62,048 nucleotides of DNA from an uncultured Candidatus Peribacteria bacterium (GTDB lineage Bacteria > Patescibacteriota > Gracilibacteria > Peribacterales > Peribacteraceae). Location of the stretch: NCBI GenBank assembly GCA_964428205.1, contig CAYRXE010000002.1, positions 1-62,048 of the forward strand, written 5' to 3'. Shown piece by piece: positions 1 to 8,300 of the stretch. A program made the translations under genes and the position numbers. Numbering within the stretch: the stretch's first letter is position 1; each line of letters opens with the position of its first letter. Below the pieces are notes generated by a model that was given only the letters and a program-made list of their open reading frames with translations, did not search any database and was not told the DNA's origin.

Positions 1-186
1 ACGACGTTGCCTGCCTTTGGGCCCTTTTCACCGCTTTCCATGTCGAACTGCACGGTCTGTCCGATGGCCAAAGCCTCAAACTGGCCATTGCAGGCGCTGT
101 GGTGAAAAAATACATCGTCCGATCCCTGGACGGCGATAAAACCGAAACCTTTGTCGGTCTTCGTCTTGATGGTGCCTGTTGCCATA
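1..186 (-). CDS. Cold-shock protein (CspA family), C-terminal end cut by window edge
   Basis: Manual reverse translation from ATG at 186-184 gives [62 protein letters not shown]. It has the RNP1-like KGFGFI and RNP2-like VFFHHS motifs of the cold-shock domain. It is absent from the ORF track because it runs off the window. Confidence 0.85.
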
Positions 187-449
187 ACGATAAAAAGAAA
201 AATAAGTAGAGTGTCTTTCGAAGAGCGTCCATATCCATCTCCCTCGGCAAAGCGAATCAAATGACCTTGGAGCGTAGGCTCTTTTGGCCAAGGAAGCCAG
301 GGGTTTACCTCATTCCACCGACTTTTAAAATCCCGAAAAGAACCCGTTTCTCGTAGGAGAAGCAGGTTTGACGGAGTACCGTGACGTAAGACGCATATCG
401 CGCTTCTCTTCCACAACTTCTCATACACAAGAAACACGTTATCTGCAGG

Positions 450-662
450 ATGGTTGACTGTGGCAAGGCCACGGATGGAAAGCAGTACTGCTCAAAACAC
501 ATGGACGTTGAGGAGCGACGCAAATTACCAACTAACCTTCGTGCGGTCATTCGCTCCTCTTGCTGTGCCGCGAAGTGCACAAGCGGAGAGGCACACGAGA
601 ACGGCGAACAGTACTGTTCGAAATGCAAAGAGGCATGCACGTGGACGAAGGTGGTTGCGTAG
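450..662 (+). CDS. Possible small Cys-rich protein (zinc-ribbon/TRASH-like duplication), uncertain
   Basis: 70-aa ORF with a duplicated G(K/E)QYCSK(H/C) motif and a C-x3-C...C-x2-C spacing. The SD is weak and there is a competing antisense ORF. It lies in the spacer that probably also holds the csp 5' leader. Confidence 0.25.
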   Translation: MVDCGKATDGKQYCSKHMDVEERRKLPTNLRAVIRSSCCAAKCTSGEAHENGEQYCSKCKEACTWTKVVA

Positions 663-681
663 AATGTGCTAGCATCTTGCC

Positions 682-1113
682 ATGCCAAAGTACTTCATCG
701 AGAAATCGATTCTCATTTCGGCTTCGGTCGACAAAGTGTGGGACATCCTCACCTCCGCAGAGTCTGTGCATGAGTGGTCGCAGTGTTTTGGCGTGGCTGT
801 ACACCCTGAGACAGACTGGAATATGGGAAGCGTGATTATTTGGAAAGACGACAACGGTAAAATAAGAGCCCGCGGCATTGTGACGGCGCACGAAGGACAT
901 CAATTGCTACGCATTGCGTTCGAAGATGCGGTCAGTGTCGTTTATCCCATTTTACCGGGCAAGTATTCCGAAACGTACCGCCTACTCGAAGACGGCAACC
1001 ACACCTTCCTCTCGTTCTACGGTGGGGAAGTGAGCAAAGAAGATCAAGCACACCATGCTCCGCTCTGGGATAAGGCGCTCAAGGAAATGAAGAAGCTTGC
1101 CGAAGAGAAGTAG
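682..1113 (+). CDS. SRPBCC / AHSA1 (START-like) domain protein
   Basis: 143 aa. The N-terminus IEKSILISASVDKVWDILTSAESVHEWS is typical of the Aha1/SRPBCC fold. Size and pattern fit a single domain. Confidence 0.8.
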   Translation: MPKYFIEKSILISASVDKVWDILTSAESVHEWSQCFGVAVHPETDWNMGSVIIWKDDNGKIRARGIVTAHEGHQLLRIAFEDAVSVVYPILPGKYSETYRLLEDGNHTFLSFYGGEVSKEDQAHHAPLWDKALKEMKKLAEEK

Positions 1114-1125
1114 AACGTTGGCCGA

Positions 1126-1542
1126 CTATTTTTTCTTACGGTGATGCCCGCATCGACATCCGCCTTTCTCCTTCACCATCCCCTTAAAATAATCTTTCCC
1201 GTAATCGTACGAGAGCTCTTCACCGGGTTTAATATTTCGGATGGCGCTAATGAACACGCGCTTGCCTTCGAGGTTGGCTTCGCAGTTGGGTTTGCACGAA
1301 TGGTTGATGTAGCGCGCGAGGTTCTTACGCGTGGTGCCGTCGATGGTGAAGTTTGTGTCTTCGATATCGAAAAGATACTGACCTCCTTTTTTCTCCGCCT
1401 CTTCATCAGTGATGATTGTGCCCCAGTACTCAATGACAAATTGCTTTCTCTTGATGGGTGACTCTGTAAAAAGACCAAGACCAGCATTGCTCTTTTTTAC
1501 TACGAAATGATGTCTCGAACGTCGAGGTTTGGGATACGACAT
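1126..1542 (-). CDS. Minimal SET-domain protein (putative protein lysine methyltransferase)
   Basis: 138 aa with the SET signatures GLGLF, RYINHSCKPN and ELSYDYG, followed by a short Cys cluster (CRCGHH) and a basic tail. Confidence 0.85.
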   Translation of the reverse strand: MSYPKPRRSRHHFVVKKSNAGLGLFTESPIKRKQFVIEYWGTIITDEEAEKKGGQYLFDIEDTNFTIDGTTRKNLARYINHSCKPNCEANLEGKRVFISAIRNIKPGEELSYDYGKDYFKGMVKEKGGCRCGHHRKKK

Positions 1543-1559
1543 AATGAAGGGAGTGATGT

Positions 1560-1634
1560 TGGCAGCCCCACGGGGAGTTGAACCCCGCTTTCCAGGATGA
1601 GAACCTAGCGTCCTAGCCGATAGACGATGGGGCC
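1560..1634 (-). tRNA. tRNA-Glu (anticodon CUC), CCA encoded
   Basis: The reverse complement folds as a cloverleaf: acceptor GGCCCCA/TGGGGCT, D arm GTCT..AGGAC, anticodon stem CTAGG/CCTGG with loop TTCTCAT, T arm CGGGG-TTCAACT-CCCCG, discriminator G, then CCA. Confidence 0.9.
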
Positions 1635-1715
1635 GCAGAACAAATGATCAGCCGCAACTCTCCAGGTCGCGGGACACCGAGTATAAGGGAGTATAATGGC
1701 TCTGCCAACGCTCCT

Positions 1716-1970
1716 ATGTCTCATTTTGTGTACCTCGCACGGTGTTCCGATGGGTCCCTGTATTGCGGAACCTGCCTGGATCCTGTTGCCCGTGAGGCCA
1801 AACACAACGACGGCAAAGGTGCCAAATACACGCGTGGCAGAAGGCCGGTGAAGTTCGTGTACATCAAAAGAAGCAGGGGACTGAGTGATGCACGTAAGCT
1901 GGAAGCAAGGATGAAGAGGCTCACCAAAGATCAAAAAGAAGAGATCGTTCGCGGTACGCTCAAGCCATGA
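1716..1970 (+). CDS. GIY-YIG nuclease superfamily protein (YhbQ/UPF0213-like)
   Basis: Internal ATG at 1716 of ORF 1644..1970. MSHFVYLARCSDGSLYCGTCLD...KHNDGKGAKYTRGRRPVKFVY matches the stand-alone GIY-YIG fold. TATAAT lies at 1692-1697. Confidence 0.8.
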   Translation: MSHFVYLARCSDGSLYCGTCLDPVAREAKHNDGKGAKYTRGRRPVKFVYIKRSRGLSDARKLEARMKRLTKDQKEEIVRGTLKP

Positions 1971-2941
1971 TGCACCTTCGCTGGTGGACAGTCGGCGCTG
2001 CGATACTCCTGATTATTGTCGGTGGGCTTTGGTACTGGCACACGGCTCCCGATCGTGAACTTGCGCGGTATCTTTCGCTCGAGGAACAAGTGCGCACCAT
2101 CACGCTCCAAGATGGAGCGCCATTGGCAGTGACGTTTCTTCAAGAGCACATCAATCGCGATCCTTCCATCGCGAACTTCTGTCATCCGCTCGCACACGAG
2201 ATAGGGCAGACGGCCGTGGATGAAGTGGGTTTTGAGCATGCACTGCGTTTTGAATTCGACATCTGCGGATCAGGCTACGTGCACGGTGTTGTAGAGAAAC
2301 ACATGAAAGGCATCCCTGATATCGTCGCGTCGTTGCAGAGCATTTGCCCGCCGGAGTCACCCAGGTGTTTCCATGGAATCGGTCATGGCCTCATGCTTCG
2401 TAGTGAAAACGATCTTCCTAATTCGCTCAAGCATTGCCATACATTCACCCAAAAGTGGCAGCGCGTGCAGTGTGCCGAAGGAGTCTTTATGGAGAACTTC
2501 GAGGCGGATTTTTTAGGTCACTCTACGGACTATTTGGATCCTCGTGATCCGTACTTCCCATGTCGCGGTCAGGATGTTGTGGACGAAGGAGTCTGTGCGT
2601 TCTATGTGCCGCGGTACTTCATCGAAACCCGAGGATCGGACTACGACAGCCTTATTGCTTATTGTAATGATGTCCCCGAAGGTCCACGCGATGCGTGCTT
2701 CAAGGGTGTTGGAGACACCGCCATGAAGTTTCGCATCAGCGATCCACTCTTCGCCAAGTCCCTGTGCGAGAAAGTCCCTGCCGATAAACGTCACTACTGC
2801 ATCCAAGGTATGACGAGCTATTTCATCGTGCACTTTGCCTCGGCCAAGAAGGGGAATGAGCTCTGTATCCTCCTTATGGAGCAAGACCGCCCTGCGTGCG
2901 TAAAGATCGTGAAGGAGAGCATGGCGGCATACCCGGGATAG
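1967..2941 (+). CDS. Membrane-anchored hypothetical protein with periodic Cys-x-x-G motifs
   Basis: 324 aa. ATGA start/stop overlap with the upstream gene. One N-terminal TM (WWTVGAAILLIIVGGLWYW), then about 8 repeats spaced roughly 35 aa apart with C-x-x-G-x-G/H cores (CFHGIGHG, CGSGYVHG, CFKGVGDT and others). I recognise no family. Confidence 0.7.
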   Translation: MMHLRWWTVGAAILLIIVGGLWYWHTAPDRELARYLSLEEQVRTITLQDGAPLAVTFLQEHINRDPSIANFCHPLAHEIGQTAVDEVGFEHALRFEFDICGSGYVHGVVEKHMKGIPDIVASLQSICPPESPRCFHGIGHGLMLRSENDLPNSLKHCHTFTQKWQRVQCAEGVFMENFEADFLGHSTDYLDPRDPYFPCRGQDVVDEGVCAFYVPRYFIETRGSDYDSLIAYCNDVPEGPRDACFKGVGDTAMKFRISDPLFAKSLCEKVPADKRHYCIQGMTSYFIVHFASAKKGNELCILLMEQDRPACVKIVKESMAAYPG

Positions 2942-2961
2942 GTGGTAGAATTGGCTCTCAC

Positions 2962-3543
2962 ATGCGCATTCTCGCCCTCCAAACCGATCCGAATAAACTC
3001 AAAGCAGGGTTTATGTCCGCAGACGAGCGCGAGCTTACGACGGCGCATTTTCACTGGTTCAAATTCTTTGGTCCGTTCATGTGGACGGGATTTTTTACGC
3101 TAGGTGTCATTGCTCTGGGAGTGTGGTTGCCCATGCAATTCGAATTCTCGGTGGGCATCGTGGAGCCGATCTTGTTCCTCTTTTGGATCATCGTCGTGTT
3201 TCCCACTCTTCTGCGCGCTTACATTGATTGGAAGTACGACTTCATCGTCATCACCACAGACAAAGTTGTGATTGTTGATCAGTCGTCTATTTTCCGTCAG
3301 CGCATTACACCTATTAACCTCGAGAACGTGTCTGGGGTCTCGACCGAAACACAGTTCTGGAATCTGTTTCGCTTTGGCACGTTGCATTTGGACCTCACCG
3401 AAAGCGCTGGTGCCGAACACACACTTCGCTACGTGAAGCACGCACACGCTGTGGCAACCGCGGTTACTGAGGCGCTCACTATTTTCCAGCGCCGCAAGGA
3501 TCTTCGTCGGTACCCGCACGGAGAGGTAAAAGACGAGGTTTGA
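2962..3543 (+). CDS. Bacterial PH-domain (bPH_2 / YdbT-like membrane-flanked domain) protein
   Basis: ATG at 2962 inside ORF 2896..3543. It has two TM helices and then IDWKYDFIVITTDKVVIVDQSSIFRQRITPINLENV, typical of the membrane-flanked PH-like domain. Confidence 0.75.
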   Translation: MRILALQTDPNKLKAGFMSADERELTTAHFHWFKFFGPFMWTGFFTLGVIALGVWLPMQFEFSVGIVEPILFLFWIIVVFPTLLRAYIDWKYDFIVITTDKVVIVDQSSIFRQRITPINLENVSGVSTETQFWNLFRFGTLHLDLTESAGAEHTLRYVKHAHAVATAVTEALTIFQRRKDLRRYPHGEVKDEV

Positions 3544-3624
3544 TTAAGAACCAATCACCAAATCACAATGACCAATTGGTTATTGGAGCTTGGTGCTTGG
3601 TCATTCCCACGATAAGATTCTCTT

Positions 3625-4905
3625 ATGAGATTATCCACGTTATTCACGAAAACATCGAAAGAACGCGTTGCCGATGCCGATAGCAAGAACGCCGATCTGC
3701 TCGTGCGCGCAGGTTTCGTCTGGAAGACCATGGCTGGTGCCTACTCGTACCTGCCACTGGGTTTGAAGGTGATGCACAAGATCGAACAGATCGTCCGGGA
3801 GGAGATGGATGCCATTGGCGGTCAGGAATTACTCCTCTCTGCATTTGGTCCAAAGGAGTATTGGGAGAAGACCGGTCGTTGGGACCAAAAAGTTATGGAT
3901 GTGCTCTTCCATGTGCCTGGAGCAGGAGACCATGAGTACGCGCTCAACCCTACACACGAAGAAATCATCACGCCGCTCGCGATGCAGTACGTAAAGAGCT
4001 ACCGCGATCTTCCTTTTGCTGCGTATCAAATCCAGACCAAGTTCCGTAACGAGCTTAGGGTAAAGTCCGGCATCTTGCGTGGTCGCGAGTTCCTCATGAA
4101 GGACTTGTACTCCTTCCACACCGACCAAGCAGACCTCGAGAAGTTCTATGCCAAAGCACAAGGTGCCTACATGAAGGTGTTTGATCGCTGCGGCCTTGGC
4201 GATATGACGTATCTCACGTATGCATCCGGTGGCACCTTCTCTAAGTACAGCCACGAGTATCAGATTGTTCTGCCACAGGGCGAAGACACCATTTACGTGA
4301 GTCTGGAAGCCGAAAAGAAGGGTATGCGCATTGCCGTGAATAAAGAGATCTACGAAGAAGGTAAAACCGAGTGCCCTGTCACCGGTGGTAAGGAGTTCCG
4401 CGAAACCCAGGCGAGTGAAGCAGGCAATATCTTCCAGCTTGGTACCAAGTTCTCATCTCCATTTGGTCTCCAGTACAACGGCGAAGACGGCAAGCGCCAC
4501 GATGTGGTGATGGGTTGCTACGGAATCGGCATCAGTCGCTTGATGGGTATTGCTGCCGAAGCATTCTCCGATGACGCCGGTCTCGTGTGGCCACGAAATA
4601 TCTGTCCTGCAGATGTGCACATCGTTGCCATCGCAAAATCTGCCGATGAAGAGTCCTTCAAGAAGGCGACAGAACTCTATGAGCTCCTCACAAAGACGTA
4701 CAAATTAGATTGTCTCTTCGATGATCGCACCGATGTGACCGTTGGTTCCAAGATGGCCGATGCCGATCTTATCGGCGCGCCATACCGCGTGGTGATTTCG
4801 CCAAAGACGCTCGAAAAGAAGGAATTCGAGATCAAAGGCCGTGCCACAGGATCCGTCGAAATGCGCGACGAAGCAGCATTCCTGCGTATGATCGGGGTTG
4901 CGTAA
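3625..4905 (+). CDS. proS: Prolyl-tRNA synthetase, bacterial type lacking the INS editing domain
   Basis: 426 aa with a bacterial-type N-terminus (MRLSTLFTKTSKE..DADSKNADLLVRAGF). Class II motifs are present (FRNELRVKSGILRGREFLMKD; GCYGIGISRL). Only about 45 aa sit where the INS domain would be. Confidence 0.9.
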   Translation: MRLSTLFTKTSKERVADADSKNADLLVRAGFVWKTMAGAYSYLPLGLKVMHKIEQIVREEMDAIGGQELLLSAFGPKEYWEKTGRWDQKVMDVLFHVPGAGDHEYALNPTHEEIITPLAMQYVKSYRDLPFAAYQIQTKFRNELRVKSGILRGREFLMKDLYSFHTDQADLEKFYAKAQGAYMKVFDRCGLGDMTYLTYASGGTFSKYSHEYQIVLPQGEDTIYVSLEAEKKGMRIAVNKEIYEEGKTECPVTGGKEFRETQASEAGNIFQLGTKFSSPFGLQYNGEDGKRHDVVMGCYGIGISRLMGIAAEAFSDDAGLVWPRNICPADVHIVAIAKSADEESFKKATELYELLTKTYKLDCLFDDRTDVTVGSKMADADLIGAPYRVVISPKTLEKKEFEIKGRATGSVEMRDEAAFLRMIGVA

Positions 4906-4938
4906 TTACCCCGCAAAGCTAGGGGTGATTCTGCTGAA

Positions 4939-5349
4939 TCAGAACCAGAAGCCCATCAAGAGCCACGTGACGACGAGTCCAAAGAGGATTCCTCCCACGA
5001 CTTCTTTAAACGAGTGACCAAGCCTTACTTTAAGGCGCTTCCAGCGCTGCAAGCGGTTGAGGATCTCGGCCTGTTCACCAATCGCTCTGCGACTGTGGAA
5101 GGCGTCGTACCACACAATCGCGGCGAACGTGAAGGCGATAGCGAACTCAATCGATTCAATACCCGACGTGTGCTGCACGAGTACCAAGAGAGAGGTGACA
5201 AATGCAGAGTGTGTACTTGGCATGCCGCCACTCTGGAAGAGTTTCTCGTCCCAGTTACCACTCTTCACTCCGTGCCACAAAATTTTCGCAAAGTCAGAGA
5301 GCAGTGCGACGGCGAGTGGAAGGAGGAAGAAGGGGATGTGAGCGTACAT
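4939..5349 (-). CDS. Divergent PAP2 / DUF212 (acid phosphatase/vanadium haloperoxidase-related) membrane protein
   Basis: 136 aa and multi-TM, with the signature GGMPSTHSAFVTSL. Confidence 0.8.
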   Translation of the reverse strand: MYAHIPFFLLPLAVALLSDFAKILWHGVKSGNWDEKLFQSGGMPSTHSAFVTSLLVLVQHTSGIESIEFAIAFTFAAIVWYDAFHSRRAIGEQAEILNRLQRWKRLKVRLGHSFKEVVGGILFGLVVTWLLMGFWF

Positions 5350-5367
5350 AGCATTGAGTAGTGTAGC

Positions 5368-8300
5368 TTACGCGGCGTTCTGGATAGGAACTTCGTAGAC
5401 ATTCTGAGGATTACTAGGCAGCCAGAAGCGGATTTTCACAGCACCCGGGTCTGTAATACTACCTTCGCCAAGGTGTTGTTTTGTCTGGTTGAGTGAGAGT
5501 ACCTCGCTCTTCCTTCCATCTGCATATACGCATTGCCACTTCATACTTGGAAAAGGCAGACGGAAATAGAATTCTTGGGATCTGCGCATTAATGGAGTGC
5601 TAGTTTTTGTGTTCCAGAGCTGTACGTCGAGCGGCTGGTCAATAGTCGTGCCAGTTTTGGCATCTGCGTTCCTTACTTCTTTTTCAATCATCCAGAATGC
5701 AGCTTCATGTTTTTCGTTGATGGTTTTTAGAATAAGACCAATACGATTCCATTCGGTGCGCTGTGCTTGGCGCGCAGGGGAAAGAGATGAGTGCTTGTTC
5801 TCGTAGAGACCAACTCCGGCAGGCTGCCACGTGTTGCTCTTCGTGTCGCTCCATGCCCAAACACTGCCATTGAGTTTTACCGACATGCTCTCGCCTTCAC
5901 CCTGGAAGAGATACGAACCATCAGGCTGTAGCACGCCTCCTTTGAGTTCCATGAGCTTTGTGCCCATTGAAATCTGTTCGTTTTGTTCCAGAGGCCTCTT
6001 TTCATACTTATAAGGCAGGGGATTATCTAAGAGCCAAGACATTTCCAGCTGTTCGAACCCTTCTGAGCCGTGCTCAGGGATGACTGCTAAGTACGCACCT
6101 TTGCCCTCCAGTTCTGTTCGTTGAATCAGCTTCTCGCGAATACCCAAGCGAATACCGTCGTTTTGGAATTTGATAGGTTCGGTGTGAAGAATGCTTCTTA
6201 TCCTGGTTTGAGCCGCAAGCACATCTTCGTAGCGAATACTTCCAGGCTGTTTGAAGAGCGCTTCGGATTGATTGCGCAATTCTGTGCGAAGCATATCGGA
6301 TGCCATCACGATAGCAGTACGCTTGTGTAGGCTGTCACCGGGTCCAATTTTGTCGTAATCGGTTTCTTCTAATCTGCGGCGCAAGAAGTTAACGTCGTCT
6401 TCCACACTCAGGAGCAGCATTTCGCGAATACGTGTCTTGGCAGTCAGTTCCTTACGAGGCTCTACAGAGCTTTTCACAAAATTTATACCATCTGCCAATT
6501 CTTGATGACGATTGTTGAACTGTTGTTCTACAACTGCTTGTTTCTTTTTCCATCGTTCATCAACAGCTGCCCTGCCTTCATCTTCAGGATGATCACCAAA
6601 GTCGCTCAGTTTGTATCCATTGATGTCGTATTCTTCACCCAAACTTTGCGCCTGGCGTCCTTTTGCGCACAAATCTGCAAAGATACGTGCTTTGGCAAAC
6701 ACGTGTTCATCAACACTCGTCTCACCTGATCTACCCACATACTTCATGGCATCCAAAAGGTAGATGTCAAAACGCTTCTTAAAATTTTCTTTTGATTCTC
6801 CCATGCCGGGGTTCAAGCGTGCCGTTTGCACAAGGTATGCTTTGCAAAGCTCGCGAATTTGAGAATCTCCTGATTGCCTGCCAATTTCTGAGGCATCGGA
6901 CCACGAAGCCATAGAATAGAGCGCCGAGCCAAAGCTGCGAGGGTCACTTTCACTTTTTTGACGAAGTTGTACGAGGATATTGGCAGGAGTCTGATTGAGA
7001 TATTCCTTGTACGTACCGTAGACATCGGTGGCAATTGCTTCGACCTGTTTCCAGCCTTCCACTCCTACGCTTATGGCAAGAGCGACTGGGATAAGAACCA
7101 CGCTTGCCGTAGCGGCAACGCCGCTGACGAATGCGAGGGTGCCCACCACAACCGCAACGGTGTTTACGCCGAGGTTCGTGCCATGGATGATCCTTGTAGT
7201 TTCGTACAATTTTTGCAGTTCCTTGTTGCCTGTCTTTTTAACGTGGTCGATCTTGAGTTCGTTATCCATCAAGTCTTGGTATGCCATGTACGCAGCAAAC
7301 ACATCTGCGCCCACACCGAGCATGCGCAAAGCCACAACGGCCTTACTTGCCTTGTTGGCCATGCCCATGACCTTGCCGACTTCGGCCTCCTGGCCAGTGG
7401 CGATAGCTCCTTTAAACAGCTTCAATCCTTCTGGAGAGGATTGTAACTTCGTAATCATTTTTTCTGTTGCACCACCTTCGCGAAGTACTTGGAGAATTTT
7501 GGCGTCGTCTGCATTTGGTCCAAGTGCGAGGAGTTTGCTGTTAAGCGCCTTTGTTCCTTCTACACCTTCAGCAGCAGCTTTTGCGGGTGTTCCTGCTGGA
7601 GCTTTAGCTCCTGGATTTGCAGGAGGGGGTGCTTTGGGTGCGGACTTTGCCGCAGCGCCTGCGGCGGCTTTTTCTGCTTTGGTGAAATCATCGGCTGCAC
7701 CGCCAGCAGCTTTCCACGCAGCTGAGTCTTTGCCTGCCTTAAGGAAGTCGTCGGCAGTGGCTCCTAACGATCGCAACTCCTTGCAAGCAGCTGTCCTCGC
7801 AGCTTCGTCCAGATGCGTGGTTGCGTGCAGGAGATCGTCCATTTCGGCTCCAGCGGCCAATAGCTCTGTTGCGCTATGACCTACTTTCATAAGGTCTTCT
7901 GCCTTCGCAAATTTAACCATGAGCATCTTGTACAGCTCATCTTGGTATGCGATTTCTTTTCCTTTGAATGCATCTGCCCACTTCCAGAACTTCGCAGTTC
8001 TCAGTTTTCCGGGAACTTCTTTTAAGCGCAGTTCTTTCACACGCATTTTGCGTTGCACGAACTCTCTCAGTTGTGTGCGCTTGGTGACAAGATCGGTTTC
8101 ATTTCGCAATGAAGCACCGATTTCGTTTGCCACCTTCATGAGATCTGCATCGGATCCCGTTTCGATGATACCAATGATTTCTGGGCGGATGTTTGCATGG
8201 GCAAGCGCGTTGTTGATGCGTCTTCCTTCGAGGAACCCGAACATTTTGATGATTTTGACGTCGTGTGCGGTTTTCACCATGCCGCGCACCATGTTGATTT

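Noticed and set aside
3548-3608. Imperfect nested palindrome (CCAATCACCAA...TTGGTGCTTGG, AATGACCAA...TTGGTCATT) upstream of proS, as a possible T-box or attenuator
   Set aside because: It is far too short for a T-box leader and has no T-box or specifier features. It is more likely a weak terminator or stem for the upstream gene.
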